From Octopus vulgaris (Eukaryota), in NCBI GenBank assembly GCA_951406725.2, contig OX597831.1:82708001-82772000 (forward strand): a stretch of 64,000 bases of DNA, read 5' to 3'. Of the stretch, positions 24,861-37,970 are shown piece by piece (position 1 is the stretch's first letter; every line of letters starts with the position of its first letter). Both the position numbers and the translations under genes were made by a program. The notes beneath the pieces were generated by a model, which did not search any database, was not told the origin of the DNA, and saw nothing but the letters and a program-made list of their open reading frames with translations.

Positions 24861-27814
24861 TATAAATTTCAACAGCAGAAGAGACTTTGTGCATAACTAA
24901 AACAGAATAAATCTGTTTCATTGATATTTTGAGAAGAGATTTTTAACTTTGAGTTGCTTTATGATGGAATCAATAGAAGAAGTATTTTCATTTCTGGCTT
25001 TTGTGACTTGCATTCATCAAACATAAAAGACACACAACAATGCTGTTGCTTGATTCTTTTTCAAGGAAACTGGACAAACTGGCATGGGCCAGGCAAAAGT
25101 ATAACTCTTTGTCCATTTGTCAATGAAGCAATGGAGTGGTGGTCATAATTCAGTGGTCAAAAAAAGTCAGCAATGGAAGGAAATATATTGACAATAAGAA
25201 AAAAAAAAGCAAAGATCGAAACACTTCCTGGTTTGATATGTTTGACAATAGAATTGGTTGGAATGGGACATAGTTGCATGATGTGGTGAGTGGAGGTTGC
25301 AAGGCTATAAAGGGATGGAGCGCATTCAGGGAAGCAACAGCGCCAGGAAGTGTGTTGACAACGGTGAATGGCTGTTGGTGGTGATTGGACTGAATTTAGT
25401 GGTTGTTTTGTTGACTCCTTCAGATATAATATGGAATGGGACAAAGAGAGAAAGATGGGTTAGGGTACAGGGGAGAGAGGAGGTGGGAGTGCAAAAAGAA
25501 ATGAAAAGAAACAATAAAGACCTGTAATTCAATAGAAATTACAGAAAGTGGAGCCATTTTATGTTATATGCACACACACACACACACACACGCGCGCACA
25601 CGTGCACACACACACACAGTCTTTATCATCATTGTTGGCTTTACCATGCTAGCATGGATTGGACAGGTTATACATACACTCACTCTCTGTGTAGATACAA
25701 ACATATATATATTTGTGTTCCTATTTCAAGATACCAAGTGTATGTGTGTAAGAAATTTCCTATGAAATTGCTGCAGGAAAATTGCCCGGCAGACTTTTAG
25801 TAAAGGCAATATATCCAACCAACAATTTCCCAATTAGTAAATTTGCCTTGAAGCAATTAAGCAATTAACAATCCGCCAATGGTAATTTATTAATTAATGT
25901 CAGGATTTCAATAAAAGATTGAAAAATAACAAGGAAACTTTAATCAAAATAAAAAAATTATGTTTAAAAATGCAAATTTTAAAAAGATTTCTAAAGCAAG
26001 ATGTTATGAATGAAACTTGTTCAGTATGGAATGGTAAATCTGTTTGACTTTTAATCTACCACAAGACTTTTTATTCTGGCAATGCTGTGATATTTTCTTC
26101 TTGCTTAAGGAAGTTCTTGTTAAATGGAGAATTTCTCTCCATGACTTTTCTACACACCTTAAACTGAATATCAATTCCACATGAAGGAACTCACCAAACT
26201 GCCACAGTCAGCAACCCACTTGTCTATCTTTCATCGCACAGCATATCTAGTGTACCTGTTAGTGTACTCTGGAGGTACTCTTTGGAATTCCTGCTTATTT
26301 ATCTGTTCACTGAATGTGGCCACCCTCCAACACAGCAATGGAAAAAGTTTTCTTTCATTACAAACTGAAAGTTTAAGTTCACTTTGCTGCAACCAGCCAT
26401 TTTAGGTTTTTGCTTCTCTGGAATTTCTTCTCAATTTGTGTGCTGAGGTCTATATAATAAATGATCAATGAAGTAAATTTATTGATTTCTAGCTTTGAAT
26501 TTTGGTCATGCTGCAGGAACATTTTTATTATAGGTGATTCTGGTTCTTATTTTATTGGCCCCAGAAAGAAAAAAAAAAAATAATAATAAAATCGACCAGG
26601 TTGGGTTTTAAACACAGAATGTAAAGGGACATCACTAAATAGCACAAATTATTTTGTCTGTTGCTCCAGCAACTCTATACCCTCTAGCCATGTAAGAGAC
26701 TCTGTCAAGACTCCTGAGTCAGGAATCCTCCAAACATGGCGGATTATCAAAAGATAGACTATTTGGATCTGGATCACAGAAATCTTTTACATTTTTCTAG
26801 AAACTTCTAAGTTCTGACTGAATCAACAAATCAATTCACACTGACAACAAAAACCAAATAAAAACAGCAAAAATTAAAACAATTCTTAAAATTACTCTAA
26901 AATTGATTTATTTTTCAGTAAAATTATTGATTTTCCTTGGCCATTTTAAAAACAAGAATTAAATTATCTGTTAATATTTTTTTTGTTTTCAGAAATAACA
27001 ATTTGTCGAATTTCAAGTTTGGCATAACCCAATAATTCTACCATTAAGTACCCTAAATGCAATTTCTGTTGACTAGTTTTACCAATGGTAACTAGATTAA
27101 GGGTGGGAGGTACAACAATAACCAGGTACAACCTGATGTGAAAAGGGAGCTTAATAAAGCGAAATAGTTTTGTCAGGAATGGAGATGAGAAGAGGAGATG
27201 ACCGAGACGACGGAAATAAATATGACCGTGGGGGGGGGTTATAGAAGCAGATAAAGTGATGATGATGATGATACAAGTTTGGTTTTGATATTTATGTTGT
27301 CTCAGTCATTCCATTTAAGTTGCACATAACCCCCAGATTGTGTGTGAGCATGTTTGTGTGTGGTAGTTGCTACTTTGTCTGTGTAAGTGTGTGTGTGTGT
27401 GTGTGCGTGTTTGTGTGTGTGTGTGTGTGTGTGCGTGTGTGCGTGTTTACACTCAGCGTATTGTAGGGTTTCCATTATCACAACAGACAATGAACATTTT
27501 ACTTCAAACCTGAAATACCTGACTTATTGTTCCATATTTACACAGAACAACTGGTCGGGTGGAGACAAAGCAATGATTTCCATCAACAAAATTAAGCTGA
27601 GGGAGAGAAACCATTCCACTTTGGTAAAAGTCCAATCAATTATGATGCCAATTCCAAAAAACCACAACATCCAAATATCTTTCTTTTTTATCTTTTGAAA
27701 ATATATTTGGAATTTATTTTGCTATTTTCTTGTTTTATTATAAAAATTCTCCGACCATCAAGGGATTAGACAATAAAAACAACAACAACACTAAATGTTT
27801 AACTTCATAATTGG

Positions 27815-28095
27815 AGTGCATGTGTGTGTACGTGTGTGTTGTGTGTATGTGTGTGTTGTGTGTATGTGTGTGTTGTGTGTATGTGTGTGTATGTGTGTGT
27901 GTGTGTGTTGTGTGTATGTGTGTGTTGTGTGTATGTGTGTGTTGTGTGTATGTGTGTGTTGTGTGTATGTGTGTGTGTGTGTTGTGTGTATGTGTGTGTT
28001 GTGTGTATGTGTGTGTGTGTGTTGTGTGTATGTGTATGTGTGTGTTGTGTGTATGTGTGTGTGTGTGTTGTGTGTGTTGTGTGTATGTGTGTGTA
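27815..28095. repeat. Compound TG-rich satellite (about 16-bp unit GTGTTGTGTGTATGTG)
   Basis: Periodic interruptions of (TG)n. Confidence 0.85.
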
Positions 28096-29096
28096 ATACA
28101 TTAACACACATGAAGTCACATTGCCAACAGACAACCGACCATTTCATATCCTCAATCTACAAAACAAGATGTATTTCCGCAAGATCAGTTGACGGAATGG
28201 AGAGCGAATGCAACATGGAAATTGGTCTTATTAATGGAGGAGAGAGTTAAGTAAATAGCAGCAGATACTCACTCTGAGTTATTAGTGATACTCACTCTCC
28301 GGTGTGAGTGATACACACACTGAGTATGAGTGAGAGCTTGGTTAAAATTATGGAGGTCAACATAAATTAAGGGGAAATAACAATTTAGATGAAAATTATA
28401 TCCATTTCCAAGAGATGCTATTGAGGGATCTTTAAAACAACCGGGACCCCCTCCACCCACCTTATCAGCGCTAAACATTCTGATTGTCAGAAGAAGACAA
28501 CAAAAACTTCCAAAAATATTTTCAAAAGAGAAAAAAATAAAATAAAATATTTGGATGCTGAAGGATTTTGTAACTAATTGGATTCTTACTAAAGTGGAAT
28601 GGTTCCTTTCAGATTCATCTTAAAGAAAGAAATCTCAGCTGTGTCTCTACCAGCCTCACCACTCACAACATCACCATCACCACTAATCAAGTCTTTTTTT
28701 ATTGCCACAAGATATTGTAACCTTGAGGGAGCCACTTTGTAGTCATCTGATCTGTTAGAAATAGCAACCAAATCTCCTTCAAATGAGACCATTATCTGAG
28801 AATGTGGTCTTAAGGTTCCTTTTACATACAAAAAAAAAAAAGACTGGATGGTTATGGCTGGAATGTCTGTGAGCCTGGGTCTGTGTGATCAGAGCTGACT
28901 TCAGTAAAACATCAACTGCAATCCTAAAAAAATATTTGAGGCTACAGAAATAGGACTATATTCTCCAGCTGTTTCATTAGAGACTTTAATTATTAAGAAG
29001 TAATTAACCACCATCATTACTGCATCAGACTGACTTCCACACCTACAACAACACCTCAATTATCTTTGACATTTTCAGGTGTGGGTGTTTGCATGC

Positions 29097-29152
<56 letters not shown>

Positions 29153-29459
29153 ATACACCCACAAAGTTAGAGATACTTCTTAAAAATATAATCCTTTTCC
29201 AATCAGATTAAGGCTGATTAGCTGGCCAGTGGCTAGCTAATCAATAATAATAATAATGACATCTAACTGAAACACAAGACCACAACTTTGAAGGTGGGAT
29301 ACTTACATGGTACTTGCCTTATTGACCTTGGAATCAGGTAAAGTTGATCTTAGCAGGCTTTGAACTTAAATTGTAAAAGACATGAAACTAAATATGGTTC
29401 CAAGCAGCACCCTTTGGTGGTGGTGGTGGTGGTGGTGGTGGTGGTGGTGGTGGTAGTAG

Positions 29460-29660
29460 TAAAAATATAAAGATTTGTTGATTGAAATTGATAAAATGTG
29501 GTATCTCATGGTGGTTACAATACCAGTAATTGTAGGAGCACCAGAATGGTCAAGAAAGGAACTGAAAATTATTTGAGAATAATCCCTGGCTTACCATCTC
29601 TGTGAGAAGTGCAAAAGATTCTTTTAACTGGTACTTCACAAATATTGAGAAGTGCAGTGA
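29460..29660 (+). mobile_element. R4/Dong-type LINE 3' fragment (family 1)
   Basis: KYKDLLIEIDKMWYL..VTIPVIVGA-GMVKKG..NYLRIIPGLPSL*EVQKILLTGTSQILR, the restriction-like endonuclease C-terminus. Confidence 0.75.
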
Positions 29661-29756
29661 TAACCTCCCACGTAAATGAAATCAACCTCAGCAGAATTTG
29701 AACTCAAAACGTAAGGATGGATGAAAGGCCGCCAAGCATTTTGTCTGGCAGCTCAC

Positions 29757-29988
29757 CACCAATTATCGTTGGGTTCTTGGGGACAGCATCAGAAGGCATC
29801 AAGAGAAATATAAAGGAGATCAGAATAGAGTTCCCAATAGAACTGCTACAAAATGCTTTCCTCTTTGGCATGGCCAGAATAATCAGGAAAGTAGATGGTT
29901 GAAAAGAAGAGACAGCAGGGTACCATAGGCTGCTACACATGCAAGACGCTAGAAGTTTCAACAAAAGCTGGGATAAAAAGAATAATAA
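29757..29988 (+). mobile_element. R4/Dong-type LINE 3' fragment (family 2)
   Basis: PIIVGFLGTASEGIKRNIKEIRIEFPIELLQNAFLFGMARIIRKV and 3' UTR homologous to 32410-32665; ends in AATAATAAT. Confidence 0.8.
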
Positions 29989-30203
29989 TGGTTTCAAATA
30001 TTGGTACAAGGCCAGCAATTTTGGGGAGGAGGAGATAAGTCAATTACATCAACCCCAGTATTCAACTGGTATTTATTTTATTGACTCCAAAAGGATGTAA
30101 AGGAAAGTCAACCCTGGCAGCATTTGAACTCCGAATGTAAAGATGGACAAAAGACCAGTCAGTATTTTGTCCGGTTTGCTAAGGATTCTGCCAGTGCACT
30201 GCC
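29985..30203 (-). mobile_element. tRNA-derived SINE family C, near full length
   Basis: Minus strand: GGCAGTGCACTGGCAGAATCCTTAGC...GAGTTCAAATGC (B-box)...GGCCTTGTACCAAATATTTGAAACCATTATT. Confidence 0.8.
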
Positions 30204-30263
<60 letters not shown>

Positions 30264-30272
30264 ATATAATGA

Positions 30273-30821
30273 TGCAGGGCCAGGCAGTGGCTCTCATGGC
30301 TTCTGATCTTAACTGATTGGAAGTGTTATCATGTACATTGTTTTGTCTTGGTATAAAAGATGGGCTACAGAAAATATTCTGCTCAATATCACAGATTTGC
30401 TGGTCAGTTGCTTGACTGTAACCTGTTGACCGTGTCTCTTGGTGGTTGATGATATGTGCATCTCTGATCACGAGCAGAAGTAGTGGGGGAGCATCATAGA
30501 CAAGTGTTGAAAGGAATTCTTAGAGGTTTGGATAATTCACCTTTGAAAACAAGGGTGATTCGTTCAACATCCTTAAACAATCCTTATTCAGGGACCTTTT
30601 GAGCAGGATGGATTACTCGACCAAAAGAAAATTCTAACTGGGCCCCACCTGCAAGGTCATCTTGATATGAGATCACCATGTCGCGTACATATGGTTGTGA
30701 TGCATGTACCTGGTGTACCCTTATCAGACGGGTAGTCATGATGAGTATACTGGGCTTCGTATATTTTACTCCAGTGTCACTTTGATGTACAAATATACAA
30801 AGCCCAGTATGCACTGCTGTC

Positions 30822-30822
<1 letters not shown>
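30273..30822 (+). mobile_element. Unclassified ~550-bp non-coding element flanked by TAA repeats
   Basis: More GC-rich island bounded by (TAA)n on both sides; no ORF recognised; hairpin near the 3' end. Confidence 0.5.
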
Positions 30823-30849
<27 letters not shown>

Positions 30850-30853
<4 letters not shown>

Positions 30854-31062
30854 GTTTCAAATTTTGGCACAATGCCAGCAAATGTGTGTGGAAGGTGGGA
30901 CATAAGATCATTAGATCAATCCACAATATTCAACTGGTACTTATTTTATCTACCTTAAAAAGGTGAAAGGCAAAGTTAACCTTGGAAGAAATTGAACTCG
31001 GAGCATAAGGATGGAGAAACTACTACTGAGCATTTTGTCTGGCATAATAATGATTCAGCAGT
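30850..31062 (-). mobile_element. SINE family C copy
   Basis: Collinear with 29985-30203. Confidence 0.7.
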
Positions 31063-31093
31063 TTCCTACTTCAATGATGATGATGATGATGAT

Positions 31094-32665
31094 TTGAGCG
31101 AACTACTACAGAATATAAATTTTGGGTATGATCTAGGAGAAGGTAAGGGAAAACTGAACCACTTGCTATTCGTGGACGACTTGAAGCTATTCACAAAAAC
31201 TGAGGCAGAACTGGACAGCCTAGTCCAGTCTGTGCGGATTTTCTCCAATGATATTAAGATGGAGTTTGGACTCTCGAAATGTGCAACGATGGTGATGAGA
31301 CGAGGAAAGCTTGCCAAGACGGAAGGCATAGGGTTTCCAAGTAGTGAAATGATGAAGGCAGTTCAACCTCAATCTAGCTATAAATACCTGGGAATACTTG
31401 AGGCAGATGGAATCAAACACCATGGCATGAAGGAAAACACAAAAAGAGAGTACCTGTGGCAGGTGAGAAAAATATTAGCATCAAAGCTGACTGCCAGGAA
31501 AATAAATTCACCAATAAACTCATGTGCAGTCACAGTAATTCGGTTTAGTGCTGGAATTGTGAAATGGACTGAGGAGGAGCTAAAGGGGTTGAACAGGAAG
31601 TCTAGAAAGCTCCTAACGATGCATGAAGCCCATCATCCACATGTAGACACTGATCGCTTATACACAAAGAGAGCAAAGGGATGAAGGGGACTGATAAGTG
31701 TGGAAGACTGCGTGCGTATCAAAAGTAAGGAAACCTTGCTAGTCACAGTTAGGAATGAGGGAGTATTGAGAGTAGAGAAAAGAGGGAAAACAAAGGAAGA
31801 AGTCTGAAAAGGACATGAAGAAGAATTACACAAGAAGGGAATGCACAATCAATGGAAGTTGCTGGAAAAAATAGGTGGGATTGGCTGATGAAAGGAACTC
31901 TAAAACAAGAGACTGAGAGCATTATATTGGCAGCGCAAGACCAAGCTTTGTCCAGAAATGGGAGGGTCAACTTTAGGAATGAGCAAAAGTCTCTGCTGTG
32001 CTGCATCTGTAATAGAGTGGGTGAAACCATTGCCCACATCACAAACAAATGCCCTGGACTTGCCCCAAACAACTTGCCCCAAACAAGTTGTGGCAACATG
32101 ACCAGGTAGCAAAATGTTACACTGAAAACTGTGGAAAAAGTGGGGGTTAGAGGGGGGCAAGATGTGGTATGAGCACAAACTGCAGAGAGTGACGGAGTTG
32201 GAGACTAGCAAAATCCTCAGGGATTTCCCAATCTAAACAGATCAGGTGCTAGAGCATAACAGACCGGACCTGGTGGTGGTAGACAAGGTGCACCACATAT
32301 GCTATACAGTTGATGTTGCATGCCACTTTCACCCTTAAATTGTCAAGAAGAAAGATGAAAAGATAGATAGATACAACCCTCTTAGCCCGGCTATGGAAAA
32401 CGAAGAAGGTAAAGATAGTGCCAATCATTGTTGGGTCCTTGGGAACAATATCAGAAAGTATTAAGAGGAACATAAAGGAAATTGGAATAGAGCACCTCAT
32501 AGAACTGTTACAAAAGGTCTGCCTCCTTGGCACAGCCAGAATAATCAGGAAAGTATTAGATAACTGAAAAGAATGGATAGCATGGAATCATAGGCTGCAG
32601 GTAGCAAGCCTGCTATGCATGCAAAACTCCAGAACCTCCAACAGAACCTGTGATAAAGAGAAATT
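31094..32665 (+). mobile_element. 5'-truncated R4/Dong-type LINE (family 2): RT end, CCHC and RLE
   Basis: LNHLLFVDDLKLF, FGLSKCA, YKYLGI, ETESIILAAQDQAL, CCICNRVGETIAHITNKC, HDQVAK, RPDLVVVD..DVA. Several stops and frameshifts; (TAA)n tail. Confidence 0.9.
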
Positions 32666-32680
32666 AATAATAATAATAAT

Positions 32681-33092
32681 ACAGACTGATAGAGTAATAG
32701 AAGCTAGAAGACCTGATTTAGTAGAAAGAGGATAGAAAGTGCCAGATAATTGACTTTAGAATCCCAAATGACGAGAAAGTCAAAATGAGAAGTATAGGAA
32801 AAACAGCAAAGTACCAGGACCTAGATATTGAAATACAGAGACTATGGGAAGTGCGGGTAAAATGTATCCCAGTAGTTATAGGTGCATTGGGAACTAACCC
32901 TAAAGATCTGAACAGATGGAGAGAGGAAAAAGGCATAAAGCCCAGTTTAGTACAGCTGCATAAAACAGTGTTATTAGGGGTCAGCTTGGATGCTTAGGAG
33001 GGTTCTTGGCATCTAAGGTTACTTGTTGTAACCCGATGTTAGGATTCTTTTCTTTTGCAACAGTTTAATCTGTCGAGTGTATATGAAAATAT
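32681..33092 (+). mobile_element. R4/Dong-type LINE 3' fragment (family 3)
   Basis: QTDRVIEARRPDLV...IIDFRIPND...KTAKYQDLDIEIQRLWEV..IPVVIGALG; TAA tracts on both sides. Confidence 0.85.
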
Positions 33093-33131
33093 TAATAATA
33101 ATAATAATAATGATAATAATAATAATAATAA

Positions 33132-36100
33132 TGGGCCGGACGTTGTTCCTCATGTCCCGCAAATAAAACCCAAAAGACGTAAATGGACACGTGAGGAATA
33201 CACTTCTATCCTACACACATACTTCACAGCAGTGCTCTACCCAAAAAATGAAAACACAACCACACATACATATAAAATATGGAAGGAAAATAACATAAAT
33301 ATAGACTTGGATACAGCAATGAACCCTAATAAACTAGCTAACATACGAAGATATATTCTCAACTCAAAAAAAATATCAGAAATAGAAATAGAACATCTAA
33401 AAGAAAAAATACACCAGGAAAATGTAGATAGAAGCCACACAACAATACCCAATAATATAAACACTGAAACAGTAAAACATGAAGACAAACGTAACATTTC
33501 CAACAAACACGATGTAAATAAAAACAACAAACCCAGACCGTAAGGATGCATAATAATACACAACAAACAGCAAGCCAAAACACAACAAACAAACATATGA
33601 ATAAGAAAGAAAGCGACACAAATCTAAAACCTGGAAACAACGAAGGGGAGCCTAATGATTATGATATTATAAAAAGTAGAATAATCAAAGAACTGAAAAC
33701 CACAGAGCTCAAAATGGACCACCGACCATACCTCCCAAAAATCAAAATAGACAAAACAACAACACCAATTATAAACAGCATAAACCTAGCCATCACGGAA
33801 CTAATAGCCACTGAAACAAAAAGCGATATCACTGAGCTAAATGACTTAGTATACGCAGCAGCCACTGCAGCCACAAAAGAAGCTGGATACTCACTCAAAC
33901 CCATCCAAAGAGGAGTACCACCACCCAAACAAACCCTGTGGATAAATAACATCCAAAACAAAATACAAAAAATGAGAAAAGATCTGTTGATTCTTAATGA
34001 AATCGGTAGACAATCAATGCTACTGAGCAACAAAAAGAAAACAAAAATACTCCGCAAATATAACATCACAGAAAAAGATTTACCTGAGATAAAAGAAAAG
34101 CTGAAGCAAGATATCCTTGCCAAAGTACAAAGGATCTGCAGGTACAAGAAACACCAACGTTTCTTTGAACAAAACAAAAAGTTCAACTCTAACCCCCAAA
34201 AGTTCTACCAAGAACTTGGCAAAAATAAAATAGAAATCACTGCAGCACCAACGGCAGAAGAAGTGGAAGAATTCTGGAGAGAAATATGGTCGGCGAATGA
34301 ACATCCAAAAAAAAGGAGTATTAAAACAACAAACCCAGCATCTGAGCAACTTTGGACCCCCATAACAACTGAAGAGGTCACCCAGGCACTGCAAAGACTA
34401 AGCAACTGGAAGGCACCTGGGCATGACAAGATCCCCAACTTCTGGTTGAAATATCTAACAGGAATGCACAAAAAGCTGGCTGAAAACTTTAACAACATAC
34501 TAGCAGAGCCAGAGACAATGCCTGAATGGCTCATGAAGGGAAAACCATCTTAATTCATGAGACAGCAAAACCAGAAAACTACAGACCAATAACCTGTCTC
34601 CCTACAATGTACAAGGCATTTACTGCAGTGATATCGCAAAGGTTGAACAAGCACCTGGACGAAAACAACCTGTTTCCAGAAGAGCAAAAAGGATGCCGCA
34701 AAGGCTCATATGGCTGTAAAGATCAACTAATGACTAATAAAGCCATAACTGAAGATAGCCACAGAAAGAAGAAAGGCCTCAGTATGGCCTGGATCGACTA
34801 CAAAAAGGCGTTTGATAGCATCCCCCACACATGGATCCTCGAAACACTAGCCATTAATAAAGTAGCACCAACAATTATAAAATTCATAGGGCACTCTATG
34901 AATAAATGGCAAACAGTGCTACAGCTCCAAACAAAAGAGGGACTCATGAAAACCAAAGCCATCCCCATTAGAAGAGGAATATACCAGGGAGACACGCTCT
35001 CTCTACTCCTTTTCTGCTTGGCACTGTCACCTCTATCTGATATGCTAAGTAGAACTTCATGCGGATATAAGTGTTACGGCAAAACGATCAGCCACCTTTT
35101 ATATATGGATGCCCTAAAACTATACGCTGCAAATGACAAACAGCTGGAAACACTATTAAAGACAGTTCATGGATTTACCAAAGAAATAGATATGAAATTT
35201 GGATTAGAGAAATGCGCCAAAGTAACCCTGAAAAGAGGAAAACTAGTTAAAGAGTAGCAACATCACACTAGATAAAACCAATGAAATAAAAGAATTAGAC
35301 CAAAGCCAAACTTACAAATACTTAGGAATCCATGAACTAGATAAGACACAACACACACAAATGAAAGAGAAAATAAAAAAAGAATATTATAGACGAGTTA
35401 GATCAATACTAAAAACAGAGCTCAATGCTAAAAACAAGATAATAGGTATCAACACTTTAGCTGTCCCAGTTATAAGTTACAGCTACAATATCCTTAACTG
35501 GACACGAAATGAACTGTCCAAAATAGATAGGAAAACAAGAAAAATAATGACAGGATCTAGGATGCATCACCCAAAATCTGACATAGAAAGACTATATATA
35601 CAATGTATAGAAGGTGGTAGAGGCCTTATACAGCTGGAAAACTACTATAAAATAACCATTATAGGACTGCAAAAATATGTACTTCAGAAGGAAGGAAAAC
35701 TTATACAAATAGCGGCAAAACACGAGCAAAACACGAGCAAAACAAAAAACTGTTCTCAGTATTTTAGGAAGCTGACAAATACAAACAAGAAATCATACCA
35801 CCTAATAAATATGAAGAAGAAGAAGAAGAAGATGAAGAAACAACAAAAGCTATAAAACAAATGAAATCCAAACTAAAAATAGAACAGCAACGAACCTTGA
35901 TAAAACGATGGCAAGAAAAGCCCCTTCATGGTAAATACTGCACTAAACTAAACGCAAAAGAAATAGACAAAGAAAAATCCCAGCAATGGTTGAGAAGCTC
36001 AGGACTCAAAGCAGAAACAGAGGGATTTTTAATTGCAGCACAAGACCAAAGCCTCCCCACCAGAAATTACCAAAAACATGTAATGAAAAGAAATATTACA

Positions 36101-36772
36101 AGTAACTGCAGAATATGTGGAGATGGACAAGAAACAATAAATCATATTATCTCTAGCTGCCCAGTCCTGGCTAAGAAGGAATATATTCACAGACATGACA
36201 GAGTTGGAACCTACATACATTGGAAGCTATGCCAACATTATGGAATAACAACAGAAAAAAGATGGTATAGGCACACACCAGAAAAGGTCACAGAAAACGA
36301 GAAAGCAACCATACTCTGGGATATGCCGATACACACAGTTAGAGAAATTAAGGCCAACAGACCAGATATAGTTGTCAGAGATCATGAAGAAAAGAAATGC
36401 TTTCTAATTGATGTATCAATACCGGCAGATGACAACGCGACTCTAAAAGAAACGGAGAAACTTTCAAAATACAAAGACCTGGAAATAGAGGTAAACAGAA
36501 TGTGGAATCTAAAAACAGAAACAATTCCTATCATAGTAGGTGCATTAGGCATGATAAAAAATATTCAGACAAATACATAACAAAAACACCAGGACTTACA
36601 AACACATATAACATACAGAAAATTGCACTACTAGGCACTGCACACATCCTATGCAGAACACTTTCCATACAATAACCATCAGAGCATCACAGCAAATCAC
36701 AGCACATACCTAAGGCACACAGAGCTGCGCTCGGTAGTGAAGTGAAAGCACGCTGTAAAAATAAAACTACTG
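33132..36772 (+). mobile_element. Near full-length R4/Dong-clade non-LTR retrotransposon (family 4), frameshifted
   Basis: N-terminal RRKWTREE Myb-like motif; RT motifs NWKAPGHD, NYRPITCL, EQKGC, WIDYKKAFDS, RGIYQGD, LLYMDA (normally YMDD); CRIC...HIISSC; RHD; RPDIV..IDVS..KLSKYKDL endonuclease. Five ORF pieces, each in a different frame from the previous one; (TAA)n at both ends. Confidence 0.93.
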
Positions 36773-37275
36773 AATAATGATAATAATAATAATAATAATG
36801 ATAATAATAATGACGATGATTTTATTTATTTGCCACAAGGGCAGATCAAGATAACAGAAAAAATGGAGAAATTACTGGAAGATTGTTATAAATAAAAAAG
36901 TCAAGGGAAGTTGAGAGGAGGAAAATTGGTAAATACTGGTTGTTTAGTGAGATTCTATATGGTGGTAATTTGTTGGGGGGGGGGGGCAAAAGGACAAAAG
37001 AGACTGGATGAAGAAGCAATTCAATAAATTATTTGACAACAGACACTCAACTCTTTCACTACTCATCAACTGAAAATGTGTCCCTGCTATTAATAATGAC
37101 CTGGTTGATTCTGACCATAACGAAGAATGATGGAAGTCATCAATCTATTGGCATTTTGAGAGATTCTAACAAACTTCCATGCTCATTTCATCAATCGACG
37201 GAAGTGGACATGTTTCAGGAAGATTTCAAAGAATATCATTTCTCTTTTAAACTGCTTCACTGATTGTTGACTTAC

Positions 37276-37363
37276 ATCCAACTGCCAACTGCCACCGACA
37301 AATATATTTATCAGAAAGATCGATTAGAGATGTGAAGGTGCCAGCAGATAGTTTATAGAATTC
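37276..37363 (-). other. Candidate 88-nt internal exon of an unidentified transcript
   Basis: Acceptor TGATCTGTTCTGTTGCAG| and consensus donor |GTAAGT in non-repetitive sequence. One open frame, EFYKLSAGTFTSLIDLSDKYICRWQLAVG, not recognised. Confidence 0.3.
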
Positions 37364-37799
37364 CTGCAACAGAACAGATCAAAGCAAATATATTTTCTCC
37401 CATTATTATTCAGTTAACATGATGTAAGACAGTTAACAGAAGCAAGTGAAGGACAAAATGGTACAGCATCAATATTTGTTCATAATAGCTGTCTGCGGAG
37501 AAACGAGTCAATAGTTACTAGTTCTTTAGTTGATCTTTAGATTATATTTCACTGAATCTATAATCAAAATAAAGAAAACAAGCAAGAAAACGGTTTCAGT
37601 CTGGTATTTGCAAGTGAAGTTTGATGGAAAACTCACAACAAATATGAGTTTTTCCTGTTCCTTCAATTTTGCTTCCATTTTTTGCGGAGTGTCTTCTCGA
37701 CACCTAGGGCAAAGAAACTCGCCCTATACATTGATAATCCATTAAAACAAACATACCACACTGTTCGTTTACAAAATCAAATAGAGTTATGTAAAAAAA

Positions 37800-37970
37800 C
37801 TTTTTAATTACATGGAAGGCTGTTGTTGCCACGGTGACAATGTGCTTCTCAATACACATGACATCCTGGTTACAACTATCATTTGCTCTTCTTGCAAGGG
37901 ATGGTAAGCTAGGAATCATCCTCACCAAATGTTCACTTCCCTTTTTGACCATTCCAAGTGCTTCTAGGTG
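37800..37970 (-). mobile_element. R4/Dong-type LINE 3' fragment (family 1-like), antisense
   Basis: ALGMVKKGSEHLVRMIPSLPSL resembles the 29460-29660 fragment. Confidence 0.65.

Noticed and set aside
33093-33180. HDV-like ribozyme or promoter at the 5' end of the R4/Dong element
   Set aside because: The element starts within coding sequence right after the TAA tract, so no 5' UTR is present.
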